Made by a program: the position numbers and the translations under genes
The notes under the pieces: generated by a model
Seen by the model: the letters and a program-made list of their open reading frames with translations, nothing else
Told to the model about the DNA's origin: nothing
Databases searched by the model: none
From: Octopus bimaculoides
Lineage: Eukaryota
DNA length: 64,000 bases
Direction: 5' to 3'
Assembly: GCF_001194135.2 (NCBI RefSeq)
Contig: NC_068983.1
Location: 25,544,696 to 25,608,695, forward strand
Part shown: positions 25,181 to 39,000 of the stretch, piece after piece
Layout of the letters: every line of letters starts with the position of its first letter
How positions within the stretch are numbered: position 1 is the first letter of the stretch

Positions 25181-27384
25181 TATTCAATCTAGAAGAGTAA
25201 CGTTCACTCTGTAAGCATATAAACTAAAATATAATTTTTGAAATAATCCTATGTTTGGCGACCTAATGGAATCCGACGTACGGCAACCAAATTTTCCTAA
25301 CGAAATATCTTTGCTAAACACGCATAACGTATTAGCCATACTTTACTCTTATGAAGGTACCGTGTATATTTTGTGCAGGTGCATTTTTCAGATTGCATTT
25401 TCAATTTAAGCCTCACTTCAGTTACGTAAGTCATATGTATTCTAACAGAAAATATGTATATATAATTTAGAAATAATCATTATTGATGCTCTGAAGCACA
25501 ACCTGAACGAAAGTTTTAGTTTAAATTATAATTTATACATTTTGGTGATATTTTCAAAGCAAAACTTATGCTAATGTATAGCTAACTGTAATATATCTAA
25601 GGACGGGAAATGCTGCGCTAATAGCGTATATCTATTTTCAAGGCTATATTTCTGGTAAAAAATATAGTATATACCAAGAAGGATATAATTATATTTCAAA
25701 TGAAATATATTGATCGAAAACGCATCTTTGTGAACAATAACACATCTGTCATGCTTAAAATATCTTTTTGTCAATCTATGAAATGATTTTTAGTAAGTGT
25801 AAAATGTTTTTTTCTTTTTCATTTACGTTTGAAAATATCTCTAGAGGAGAACTAGGATTCAAAACCTGTTACCGAGCAACGCATATCAGAACAAATACCG
25901 TTTCTGATTTTGGTAAAAGATAACAAGCATAATAATAATCAGATAATAATGATACACTCAAATACAAACTTACAGTTTTAATACAATGCATAAGTGAATA
26001 AAGAAAACGTTCTATCCACGAAATATGAGAAACTTATGTAAAATATGTTGTCAAAATGTATATCCTATACACCATAACATATTCATGAGTACTGCAGCTA
26101 CATTTTGATGTTTAATCACAAGTTCATTATGTATTTCTATCACACCTAACCATTGGAATTAACATGGTGCTATCAAATTATACACGAAATATTTGTTATC
26201 TGTTGGCCATTTTTGTATGGAATTTCTTTATGCGATAAACTTCCTATGTTGGGAGAGAATTTAATAATTAAATAAAATTGTTCACACTTGATTTTCTGTG
26301 GGGTTAGAAAATGAAGATTTTATTGTTGGGTTTGTCGACTAAAGTGGCAAGGTATTAACTTGACACACATTTATCAGATTTATTAACTTAGGATCAATAA
26401 CAGGTCAAGTTGCCGCACAGCGCTCAAGTTGGCCAAGTTGCCCTAGTTGCCCAAGTTGGCGCACATTTGGCCACACTGCAACTACAAATTACTAATAACT
26501 ACTAGATTCACCATGCTATTTCTTTATGCAAAGTATAGTTCATGGGACAACAACTACTCAACATAGAATACTCGGTGTTAAAAATCAAAATAGTCTTCCT
26601 TTGGCCAAATCTATTAAACATGAATGAAATTGTTTCACTGCATTGACGCCTTTGAACATTTTCAAACGATATAAATGATAAAATGTCTTTGTTCTCAGCC
26701 TTTGTGAAAACAGACGGTTGAGCCTAGTCTAAAGAAAAGGACTAATAAATTTACAATGGCTTGAGTAGCAGAAATATTGACATATATTAATAACAAATTA
26801 ACGTATAATAAAATTCTACGTAACATACTTTGTCAAAGTTTCACTTGTTAATGTAATTTTCAGCTAGATTTCTCCCTTTTGTGGCTGGTTCTTAAAAGTG
26901 GAAATTCTACAGAATTTTTCAGGAATCTTCTCATACATATTCCACTAAACGAAGGAAATTAACTACGGATATTTTAAAACTAGAAACTTTTGTATCTGCA
27001 GTTTCATAATTTAATAAATGATGCTAAATTAGCCATGTAATTAAGTGACTATGTAATGTATCGTTTGAAATGTTGCAAAGGTGTGAAAATAAGGAAAGCA
27101 ACTGACGCATTTATGGTAATTTGTTGACCACGTCGCAAATATAATATGGACAGAGAAATATACAAAGATATGTAGAATTTTAACATACATAATGATAAAT
27201 ATTATCTAAAATTGTATTACATAAAACTAAATATAAAATAAAATGGTTACCTTTTGCAAACGCTGCAAAGTGTTTTAAATTATCGAAAGAAATTATAATA
27301 ATTTAAGGGCTTTCAATCAGATTATTTCCTTTTTTTACATTTATGCCCTTTGGTAGCATGGTCAACAAAAGCTCATTTTCTATA

Positions 27385-27775
27385 GAAAGACATGATCACG
27401 AATGAATAAAACAGTTGTTAATTTTGCAATGTTAGAAATGTTTTTACTAAAGTCTGAGGATTCAGGATCCATGTCGACTATATTGCTGAAGTGGGCGCCC
27501 CAGCTAAGATTGGTTGCAACAATCACTCCTGAGTTCCTGATATTATTAGATGCTGTGAACAGACCCCTAAAATGCAAATTTTCTCTTCTTAAACAGCATT
27601 TTGTTATCATGCGTCCATTGGTTTACAACATGTAAGTCAGACTGAAGTTTAGATTGGTCTTCTTCTTCATTGGTATGTTTAATTTGTATGGCTTTTGTAG
27701 TAATTGTTTGCTACTGTGTAAGATCTTTGACTTGGCATCAAACGTTCTGGTGTGTAGTGTGCCCATTACGTTAAA
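27385..27775 (-). mobile_element. CR1-like LINE RT C-terminal fragment, degenerate
   Basis: SNNIRNSGVIVATNLSWGAHFSNIV (cf. KDLGVIVD.NLSW..HI..IV) and downstream LTTVLFIRDH. Confidence 0.6.
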
Positions 27776-27854
27776 ACAAAATTACATATATAAAACTATG
27801 TATATATATGAATAAATAAACATGTATTTGTATATATATGAATAAATAAACATG

Positions 27855-27871
27855 AGATCGGAAGAGCGTCG
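27855..27871 (+). other. Illumina adapter remnant (assembly contamination)
   Basis: AGATCGGAAGAGCGTCG immediately before an N-gap; exact prefix of the Illumina adapter read-through AGATCGGAAGAGCGTCGTGTAGGG. Confidence 0.93.
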
Positions 27872-28876
27872 NNNNNNNNNNNNNNNNNNNNNNNNNNNNN
27901 NNNNNNNNNNNNNNNNNNNNNNNNNNNNNNNNNNNNNNNNNNNNNNNNNNNNNNNNNNNNNNNNNNNNNNNNNNNNNNNNNNNNNNNNNNNNNNNNNNNN
28001 NNNNNNACAGATTACAAAGGAGCTCACAACGAATGGAACAGAGATTTATTCTCAGTCACTTTCATCTGGTTAGTTTCTTAAGCATACTCTCTAACTTTGA
28101 GAATCATGGATTTTCAGAAAACCGTTGTGTTTATACCTAGTCTTAACCTAGTCTTCTCGATAGCCACACATCACGCAGCGAAATTACAATAAACTCTGTA
28201 TTGTTAAACATATAGAAATACATCTATGCATGTATACATATACACATATATATAAATAAACATGTAGGCGTATATATATATGTGTATGTGTGTGTGCTTG
28301 CGCGCGCGTGTATGTGTGTTTGTTAGTGTGGGTGAGTGTGTGTGTAGACATGAACAGATACATAATCATGCACGAACATAAATTGAAATACATACACTCC
28401 CCAAGACACATATATTGTGCATAGGGTGGTTTCCTGTCGTTCTGTTATAAAAATTCACTTATTTCATGAACTGAATTATATATTATGAATTTAACTAGTA
28501 AGTATATGAATATTAAACGGCTGAGTGTACATTTAATACTATTCTCTTGTCTGTCACACTAAGCGATTAGACTGTAGAGACTAAATTTGAGGTGAAATCT
28601 ATCCTACAGATTTTTTAAACAATTATCTTCTGCATAATTTCCTTTAAAGGTAACGAACCGTTTCGAGACTACAGAAAATGGCATTTTTCCAAAATATGAG
28701 GCAAAGCAATCGAAAGTGAAACATTTTAAAAATTCGGCCTTCCTGCTCCTCGATGCATATATTTCCTCTCATCCATTTATATTATGTATATATGTGTGCG
28801 TGTAAGGGCATATGTACATATATATATACATACACAGACACAGATACAGACACACGCACACATGCACACACATATA

Positions 28877-29475
28877 CAGGGTGCAATGATTAAACTGTCG
28901 TCTAAATTACGAAAAGATGAAAGTAACATTGACATCTCATTATAACAGATATTTACCAAACCTACATAAAAAATATCCTGAAATGCTAAAGAGCAATTTT
29001 TGTTCAATAAAATGGCCATTGATTTCAACCACAGCCTACAGACAACTTCGGAATCTCCTGCAACTCTTCTGGACGGTCTTCTTGTGTAAGTTGGTGAATG
29101 CTACCATAATCCTTACCTTCAGTTCCTCTTTGATCTTACAGGGAATTTTGTTGGTCTCTCACTCAAATGTGTCCAACATATAATAATTAAGGGGATTGCA
29201 GTCTGGAGAGTTAGGTGGCCAAATATTAGGAGTGATGTGGTCGCGGAAATTGTCTGACAGCCATGACTGGGTCCTCCTGCTTGTGCTTCCAGACATACGA
29301 TCTCCAAGCAGCCACCATCTTGACCCAGGGGAACACTACTTCTTCCAAGCCATTGATGTAAGCCTCCATATTGAGTTTGAAGTCCTGTGGAAAGATGGAG
29401 ACATAACGTCGCCATCACTAGTGATCACTCCAAACACCATGATGTTGGCTGGATATGTAATTTTCATCAATATTG
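28877..29475 (-). mobile_element. Tc1/mariner superfamily DNA transposon, DD37D (maT)-type, 3' half with TIR; decayed transposase
   Basis: TA|CAGGGTGC.. terminus; minus-strand peptides ANIMVFGVITSDGDV, HTSRRTQSWLSDNFRDHITPNIWPPNSPDCNPL, IMVAFTNL..TVQKSCRRFRSCL*AVVE.NG; homologous to 57150-57784. Confidence 0.88.
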
Positions 29476-29922
29476 ATATATGTTCGCAGATTGCATATTT
29501 CTCAGATTGCCCCCCCNNNNNNNNNNNNNNNNNNNNNNNNNNNNNNNNNNNNNNNNNNNNNNNNNNNNNNNNNNNNNNNNNNNNNNNNNNNNNNNNNNNN
29601 NNNNNNNNNNNNNNNNNNNNNNNNNNNNNNNNNNNNNNNNNNNNNNNNNNNNNNNNNNNNNNNNNNNNNNNNNNNNNNNNNNNNNNNNNNNNNNNNNNNN
29701 NNNNNNNNNNNNNNNNNNNNNNNNNNNNNNNNNNNNNNNNNNNNNNNNNNNNNNNNNNNNNNNNNNNNNNNNNNNNNNNNNNNNNNNNNNNNNNNNNNNN
29801 NNNNNNNNNNNNNNNNNNNNNNNNNNNNNNNNNNNNNNNNNNNNNNNNNNNNNNNNNNNNNNNNNNNNNNNNNNNNNNNNNNNNNNNNNNNNNNNNNNNN
29901 NNNNNNNNNNNNNNNNNNNNNN

Positions 29923-30045
29923 GCTTTAGTGAAACAAATCAGCCCAGGACTTATTCTTTCTAAGCTAGTACTCAAATCGATCTCTCTTGCCGAATCGCAT
30001 ATTTACAGGGGCGTAAACACACCAACACCGGTTGTCAAGCGATGA
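29923..30045 (-). mobile_element. Composite SINE tail half
   Basis: CCCAGGACTTATTCTTT..CTAGTAC..GCCGAA..GGGGCGTAAACACACCAACACCGGTTGTCAAGCGATG followed by (AT)n. Confidence 0.8.
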
Positions 30046-30083
30046 TATATATATATATATATATAAATATATAAGAAAAAAAT

Positions 30084-30147
<64 letters not shown>

Positions 30148-32544
30148 AGTAGATTAAGCGATTGGGATAACCGTCTAAGGGATAAGAATATCTGTTAATT
30201 CTTCTGGTATAAATTACCGGTGTTAACCCTGGGCATGGATATGCAAGCATACTATGCTCATAGGATACTGGCAATAACAAAAGAGACTAAAGTTTATCAG
30301 GAATCAAATCTAAATTAAGCAGGAAATGAAGAAACTTTTTGATCAACAAATTGACTACCATTGGTTATTATTTCTTTTAATACTAAACATTAAGATTGCG
30401 TTTCTGCTACGTATGTCAGTCGGCGCCGCCAAAGAAAATTAGGAGAACAATATTCGTCATAATTCATAGCACATCCCGATCTGGTACATGGAGCTTCATC
30501 GGAGTGGAAACTAATACATAAAATAAAGGAAAGAAGAAAGAAGAAAGAACAGGGCCTCGAGATGAGGAAAGAAAATTTAATAAATTATAATCATACTATT
30601 TTGCAGGGAAAAGCTTGGAGAGGGTGATCAAAAAAAAAAAAAAGATTAAGCCTTCTTTCTTCGTCTCCAGGCCCTTTTCGTTCCTCTTTCCTCTTCTTTC
30701 CTTTATTTTATGTATCAGTTTACACCCTAATGAAGCTCCATGTACTATATCGGATGTGCTATAAATTATGCCTTGAGCAAGACACTTTATTTTCATGCTG
30801 NNNNNNNNNNNNNNNNNNNNNNNNNNNNNNNNNNNNNNNNNNNNNNNNNNNNNNNNNNNNNNNNNNNNNNNNNNNNNNNNNNNNNNNNNNNNNNNNNNNN
30901 NNNNNNNNNNNNNNNNNNNNNNNNNNNNNNNNNNNNNNNNNNNNNNNNNNNNNNNNNNNNNNNNNNNNNNNNNNNNNNNNNNNNNNNNNNNNNNNNNNNN
31001 NNNNNNNNNNNNNNNNNNNNNNNNNNNNNNNNNNNNNNNNNNNNNNNNNNNNNNNNNNNNNNNNNNNNNNNNNNNNNNNNNNNNNNNNNNNNNNNNNNNN
31101 NNNNNNNNNNNNNNNNNNNNNNNNNNNNNNNNNNNNNNNNNNNNNNNNNNNNNNNNNNNNNNNNNNNNNNNNNNNNNNNNNNNNNNNNNNNNNNNNNNNN
31201 NNNNNNNNNNNNNNNNNNNNNNNNNNNNNNNNNNNNNNNNNNNNNNNNNNNNNNNNNNNNNNNNNNNNNNNNNNNNNNNNNNNNNNNNNNNNNNNNNNNN
31301 NNNNNNNNNNNNNNNNNNNNNNNNNNNNNNNNNNNNNNNNNNNNNNNNNNNNNNNNNNNNNNNNNNNNNNNNNNNNNNNNNNNNNNNNNNNNNNNNNNNN
31401 NNNNNNNNNNNNNNNNNNNNNNNNNNNNNNNNNNNNNNNNNNNNNNNNNNNNNNNNNNNNNNNNNNNNNNNNNNNNNNNNNNNNNNNNNNNNNNNNNNNN
31501 NNNNNNNNNNNNNNNNNNNNNNNNNNNNNNNNNNNNNNNNNNNNNNNNNNNNNNNNNNNNNNNNNNNNNNNNNNNNNNNNNNNNNNNNNNNNNNNNNNNN
31601 NNNNNNNNNNNNNNNNNNNNNNNNNNNTATGTCTGGCATATTTTATACGTCTCTCTGTCTGTCTGTCTCTCTATATATATAGATGTATGTTTGTGTAAGT
31701 GTTTGTGTTTATACACATGTATGCATATACGTATATGTTGTACTCGCATGTGTATATATGCACATGTATGTATTGTGTGTTTGTGTACATTTTTGCATAT
31801 GTGTATGACAGTAATAAGAAATCAATTTGTTATGAATGTATCCTGGAGAAATTTGAACACATTTGTGTTTACGAACAACCTACAACGAATTCGTATTATC
31901 AAAACCAATGCTTGGCAAAGATCCACACAGAACTTAAAATTTCCTAAACGTAGTAGATATTCTATCAACAAACGTTTAGTTTTTGTGTGGCAGTTGACTT
32001 TATTCATGCTAACTCTACGAGCACAAACTGTATATATCAGGCGCCTTTTCTGACATTTTTATTACTAACTGTTGCAAGAAAACGACATAAATCTATTTGG
32101 CACCAATGTATATTTTTCTTGAATAACAGAAACAATAAATATTCATGATATAATTACATCAGACTCAATGTACAAACTAGGGAAGAAAACTAGTGAAGAA
32201 CAAAAAATTTAAATCTAAGATAAAATAACATTATTGTTGCATTGTTTAGAATATTATGGAATAAAACGTCCCCTGACATATATACTTACAGACACACCTA
32301 AACGTATCAATACGCATGCATTATCCAATCAATCAAACTATACGTATATGTTTGTGCGAATGTGTATGTGTGTGTTGTGTGTTTGTGTTTGTGTTTGAGT
32401 GTGTATATGTGTGCGTTTGCATCCCATATACATAGACACACAGGTATGCAGAAACACATTAATTCGTATGGATTTGCTAGTGTAGGTATATACTGTGCTT
32501 CTATGCGTAGATTTAGATACATTGATAAATTATTGATCTCTCTT

Positions 32545-32586
<42 letters not shown>

Positions 32587-32589
32587 TAC

Positions 32590-32689
32590 TATTTTACCCT
32601 TCTACGCGTTTCAGTCATTTGACTGCGGCTATGCTGGAGTACCGATCTAGTCGAATGAAATCGACCCCAGAACTTATTCTTTCTATTAT
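32590..32689 (-). mobile_element. Composite SINE tail fragment, cut by gap
   Basis: GTTTCAGTCATTTGACTGCGGCTATGCTGGAG..ATCGACCCCAGAACTTATTCTTT. Confidence 0.8.
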
Positions 32690-33168
32690 NNNNNNNNNNN
32701 NNNNNNNNNNNNNNNNNNNNNNNNNNNNNNNNNNNNNNNNNNNNNNNNNNNNNNNNNNNNNNNNNNNNNNNNNNNNNNNNNNNNNNNNNNNNNNNNNNNN
32801 NNNNNNNNNNNNNNNNNNNNNNNNNNNNNNNNNNNNNNNNNNNNNNNNNNNNNNNNNNNNNNNNNNNNNNNNNNNNNNNNNNNNNNNNNNNNNNNNNNNN
32901 NNNNNNNNNNNNNNNNNNNNNNNNNNNNNNNNNNNNNNNNNNNNNNNNNNNNNNNNNNNNNNNNNNNNNNNNNNNNNNNNNNNNNNNNNNNNNNNNNNNN
33001 NNNNNNNNNNNNNNNNNNNNNNNNNNNNNNNNNNNNNNNNNNNNNNNNNNNNNNNNNNNNNNNNNNNNNNNNNNNNNNNNNNNNNNNNNNNNNNNNNNNN
33101 NNNNNNNNNNNNNNNNNNNNNNNNNNNNNNNNNNNNNNNNNNNNNNNNNNNNNNNNNNNNNNNNNNNN

Positions 33169-33211
<43 letters not shown>

Positions 33212-33499
33212 TACACGAATGTGTGTATATATATACGTATATACGTGTATAAATATTTATATATATAAACGCAAATGTGTGTGTTTTTGTCTGTGCGTGT
33301 GTGTATGGTTTGTCTAAATGTCGCCTGCTTGCATGGAGAAAAGAGACCAAAGTGCATGTTTGCTCAATTGAATAACAAGTAAATTAACCGCCGACAGCAA
33401 ACTTTCAAATTTTCAAATCAAACTTTCTCATGAAATGGAAAGACTAGAGAGTGACAGAGAGGGAGATAGAGAGGAGAGAGAAAGGGAGAAAACAGCTGT

Positions 33500-34470
33500 A
33501 GAAGGTATAAACATAAAGCTTAAAGCTTTCTCAGTAAATGTCCTACAAAATAGGACATTTGTTTCAAGGAAATGCCTCACTGGTCGCAGACCCGAGAAAC
33601 TTGAGTGAAATACTTAGTGAACAACTCAAAAGCGTCCTACGACGCATGCAGTTAAAAATCGAAGCTAATTCTTTAACATTACAGCTCTGCAGACGAAAGC
33701 GACAGCCATCGATTATATCAATATTGAGAAGGTACATGTAACATTGCCTACGGGTGAAATGAGCTGTAGCTCAGCGTCTGGTTCCAATGGTTCCCAGGTA
33801 TTCTCCTGAAGTCATGTAAGCAGGCTTTAGCGAAACCACTACAGATACTTTTCCAGTGTTTCCTAAAAAGTTGAAAGAAGGCATTATATGTAATATCCAT
33901 AGAAGTGGAGGCAGAGGAGAGGCTAAATGCTACCACTCTCAGCTGTGGTTAACACATAGCACCAAATTAGCAGCGGAGCTTGTAGCGGTTCAACGACACT
34001 ACTCTAAAATGACTGGAAAAGTGCAGCAGTTAAACTCGACCAATAGGTCGATAAAACTACGAATTTTATTCCTTGGAACAAAAATGCGACAGAAATGTAA
34101 TAATTACATATAGACAATTCTGGAACGAGTATTTCCCAGTCTCGACATTGAAAGTTATACAAATGTTCGAATTGAAAGGCATTGCATTATAGCGAAGGTC
34201 CCGTCCGCCCTATCCAAAGTCACAACCAGGTACAGCAATAACTAAGTGTCCATTGGCTAAAAGCTATTTAATGTCCTGCCAATAAACACTCAGAAACGTA
34301 CACAACCTACACGGTGTGGACATGGATATCTTCAAAAAGGAACTGGACATTCTGCTATCCACGATATGGGATGAATCAACGGCTCGTCATAAGGTGCAGA
34401 TGAGGGTTGTAGTGTCAAACTCTCTCATGCAAAAATGGTCCAGTAACCAAAGGCAAAAAATGGGGGAAAA
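33500..34470 (+). mobile_element. CR1-like LINE relic, internally deleted (start of RT joined to C-terminus/3' end)
   Basis: SSASGSNG.PGILLKSCKQALAKPLQILF; KEGIICNIHRSGGRGEAKCY; ILERVFPSL..KLFNVLP..DIFKKELDILLSTIWDE..SNSL, a CR1-type end. Confidence 0.75.
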
Positions 34471-34543
34471 TGAGTGGTGATATGGAATACCACCACTCTG
34501 AAGAAATCAACCACAGGAGAACGAAATGTAAACCTACAAAATC

Positions 34544-34577
<34 letters not shown>

Positions 34578-34581
<4 letters not shown>

Positions 34582-34858
34582 GCAGCGTGGAAGGTGTTTA
34601 TAAGCCATTTAAAATAACACACAAAAACTGTTAGATTCACTTCAACATTTAAATTTAACTTATCAAAATATTTTCGTCGCTTTGAGACCGCGACCTGTTC
34701 ACAGACGACATTCTGCAGCACAGAATTTTGTCAGTGAACAGGTCGCGCTCTCAAAGCGAGGAAAATATTTTGACAAGTTAAATTTAAATGTTGAAGCGAA
34801 TCTAACAGTTTTTGTGTGTTATTTTAAATGGCTTATAAACACCTTCCACGCTGCAATT
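34578..34858. mobile_element. 281-bp fold-back MITE inserted in (TA)n
   Basis: ~138-bp inverted arms AATTGCAGCGTGGAAGG..ATTCTG / CAGAAT..CCTTCCACGCTGCAATT with ~7 mismatches and a 5-nt loop (CAGCA); flanked on both sides by TA repeats. Confidence 0.92.
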
Positions 34859-35152
34859 ATATATATATATATATATATACATAAAATCAAAATATGCAAC
34901 AAGATATCAAGAGGTGATGCAATTTATGCAAGGCAACCCTACATTTACTTTGATGTAATGATTGCATTGTTCAATTAAATGGAGCTGCTTGAAACAGTCG
35001 TACTGCATTACGTCTTGATATCCTGTTGCTTATTTTGATTTTATTCACCTTGCTTTGAGTTGCACGGACAATGCCGCACTGACTTGGTGCTTCAACTTAA
35101 GTACCTAATTCAACTGAATCTCAATTATTTCTATATATTTATACACACACAC

Positions 35153-35197
<45 letters not shown>

Positions 35198-36101
35198 TAC
35201 ATGTGTGTGTGTGTGACGTAAGATCACAAATTGGTTCCATAGATTTGTTTAAAACATGTTATCTCACTTTTACTCAATCTTTTCTCTTTCTTTGTCTCAC
35301 CGCATACAAACACACCCACTGACGCATATAAGCAAATGTATGAAATAGGTGAGATTATGATTATGAAATTCTAAGGCAACCACAATAAAATATATCGTCA
35401 CGAAGGGATTTAAGGGATTTCTGCGACATTCTTTCGGAAAGTGATCTGGCAGAAATAAGGAAGATACTTAATCATAAGTTGGTATTGTTGCACAATGTTT
35501 TACAAGTACACAACGCATTAACTTTCTAATAATATAGGAATCCATTATATATTATCTGCCACTATAATTAAAAGATATAAACTGCAAACACTTCGGTTAT
35601 TAGATAGACATCCCATAAACATTTCCGTAGCATTTATATGCACATTCGCACATACACATGTATCTCCAACAGCATCTCTTATTTTGTGTGTAGATATATA
35701 TATATATATGAGACAAAGTATAAATAATGGTCAGTATGTATAAATAATGAGCAGTATGAAGGGAGAATCATCCCTCTATGATTCATCCACTAACGTAGTA
35801 TAGCCTAATGAAATGAATGAACGACGATGATCAACAGGATGCCTATGGATACTACGGACTATAATGTAATCATCCCAAGGAAACGGATTCCGAAGGTAAA
35901 GTCATGTGACTTGTGGAAACGTGCGTAGCGATCTATTAAATATTTATAAATTGCATCCTAGAATTATTATTATGATATCTATCCTACATTTCATCAGTAT
36001 AACCATGAAGCAATCCCGAAAAACTGACTCAGTCAGTAACATTAGACGGTAGGTGACATAATGAAATCGATTTATTTGCATTCCCTGAACGTTACCATAA
36101 A

Positions 36102-36145
<44 letters not shown>

Positions 36146-38339
36146 GAGATAACAAAGCACTACAACGTTTATCGTTGGAATGTCATTAGTTTACAGCTGT
36201 TTCCATTATAAAATTCGGTGGGCTCATAGTTCAGTGACTGAATAACACGTTTCTGTTCTTATAACCGCTCTGCACTAAGAATTTTTATATCATCGCTTGC
36301 GAGATGCGAAAGCCGCGTCTGTTGTAAATCGTATATATATATATTTGCACTCGTAAGCATATATACACACAGTTATATAATAATCGTCATTAATCAATGA
36401 CTTTTTACGATAAAAGTCAGACGATATCTTTATTGCTAAATACGCAGAAATGTGTTACACAATTCGTCCATTTCTATGTAGAATAAAAACAAGAAATGAT
36501 TAGCCGTTAGGAATAGATATTAAATCATTACCAACTAAGAAAATTAATCCTCCTCACACTACTATATAAATTTTATCGAGCGCTTATCGTTAGAAAATTT
36601 AGCGCAAAGAGAATAATATTTTCAAAATCTATATTAGCTGGGAATCAATGATAGCTATAAATAACAAAACACTGTACATTCTCTTCACCAGATTACTATT
36701 ACTAATAATTGTTTTATGTTTTTGATTTGCATTTCTTAAAATAGAAATATCTGTGTAAAACAATGTGTTACGAGGTTATACCAATGCAGCAAACAGATTA
36801 ATTTAAATGAGAACAAAAGAAAATATATTAGAATGTTATCGAAAATATATTTAATTCTGTTAATATTTCGGGTAAAATGCTCCTATACAAATGTGTCATG
36901 TGCTCAGTCAATACAAAGAAAATATGATTTAACTTCTAGGGTCTGCATGAGAGCAATTCTGTTTTAATGCGCGGAATTGAAATAATCATTAGATTCTATA
37001 AAGATTCCGAAATCTGGTGATGTACAATACACCTTGGATTGCACATCTCGTTAGGTAATTGGGTGTAATATTTCGCTCAATATCATCAGTAATGTCAATA
37101 AGAAGGAAAAATAGAGACTTTTCTTAATATTACATAGTCACTATTTGTAATTATTAATTCTACATCAACAGAAGGATTACCTTACTGTATCAGTATGTAT
37201 ATAACGTTAATTCTATTAACATTTGCTACTCTTGAAAAGGAATTCGTTCGTTGTAGAACCTGCATTTGTTTCGCATTTTTTCTTCAGGGTAAAACGTGCC
37301 TCCCGTAGCTTATATTCAATTAATCTTCCCAAAATTCAGAAATTTGAATTGCAAAAGTTGAACCCCAACCTACCATAGAGAATAAAATAGAAATGACACC
37401 AAAACACAATTTATCATTTTGGTATACATCAATAATGAAACTATGAACTTCATAGCTTCATTAAATTGTTAGATACCATAACAAAGAGTAAAACAGCGAA
37501 TCACATGAAAAAGGAAGAAAAATTATTCCCACATAATAACAAAAGCAAATGATTTTTCGGCGTTTTTATATATCGGGTAATTAAAACACTGATCGATGAG
37601 CGCGATATTGTTTAGTCATTAATCCTTTGGTTATTGTTCAATGTTTCCAATTTGCTTCACTGTCAACCTGATTATTCTATAGTGAATTTATATGTAGTTT
37701 AATAATTGTTGTGTATAATGTGAAATAATATCGAAAATATTGATGTATCGATATTGCGTAATAAGAAGTACTGCATCTTGATTTCGTACTGATAACAATT
37801 TCATACCTACTTCTACCCGGCGCTATAGCTAAAATATATTTTGGGTAAACATCCATAAAACTAGTCAGATATTTATCTACATCTCTGCTCACGAATTGCG
37901 AACAAAGCTACTCTAGTACGTTGCTCTAATATGGCCCTATCCAAATAGTTAAATCAAACGCTAACAGAAAAAGGGATTGCTAAATAATTCATACCCTCAT
38001 ATTGCTTTTGGTCCACTGGGATCTTATATGACGTTGTCAAATATAATTTGTTTACAGCTATATTAGTTTATTTTCTGACTAGCAGTAAAGGTATTCAAAT
38101 AATAAACAGCCTTCTGTATCGAACGTCCTGTAAATCAATGCACATTGTTCATGTCTAACACAGTCTTACATTTTAGGAGCGAACACAGTCGATTATGAAA
38201 CTTTGTACATGACAAGTGCATTATTTTATTAATCCCAGGGGTATCAGAGACGAAGTTCACCTCGATGAGATATAAATACAATACATAAACACTACTATCT
38301 AAATACTAAATATATTTTCTCCGACGCTATGATGATTGT

Positions 38340-38500
38340 ACGGTTTCTGTACAATTCAAACTTACCTACCTGCTTGCCTGCCTGTCTGCCTGCCTGCCTG
38401 CCTGCCTGCCTGCCTACCTACCTACTTATCTACCTACTTACCTACCTACATACGTACATACATACGTACATACATACGTACATTCATACATACATAGAAA
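38340..38500. repeat. Compound tetranucleotide microsatellite (CCTG)n(CCTA)n(TACA)n
   Basis: Direct inspection. Confidence 0.9.
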
Positions 38501-38549
38501 AATTATGATTCTCAAAACCTGAAAGAAAAAGGTTGATTAGAAGACTACA

Positions 38550-38830
38550 GATTCAAGCCATCAATGGAACTGTAAAGATATGTAAAACTTTCCCAAAATG
38601 TATCACATAAATACATATGCATGCATCTAGACATAAAAACGCATCCATAAAACAAACATACAAATCTGCGCATACACTAACACCAAATACTGCACACACA
38701 CACACATATGCACAAATACCTAGATGATGTTGATAAAAGTTCCAATGAAGGAGCCTTGAATCTATGTTAGAGTCCGGATCTTTCTTTATGGACAAGAAAT
38801 ACAGAAATGAAACTGATTGATAACATACAT
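38550..38830 (-). repeat. Unclassified interspersed repeat, inverted homolog of 56035-56290
   Basis: CCATCAATGGAACTGTAAAGATATGTAAAACTTTCC and TTCCAATGAAGGAGCCTTGAATCTATGTTAGAGTCCGG align to the reverse complement of 56035-56290; both abut (TACA)n. Confidence 0.7.
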
Positions 38831-38938
38831 ACATACATACATACATACATACATACATACATACAAGCATATGTATACGCATGCATAGAAATACGTATAC
38901 ATATAAATATATGTACGCGCATATATGTGGATGTGTGT

Positions 38939-39000
<62 letters not shown>

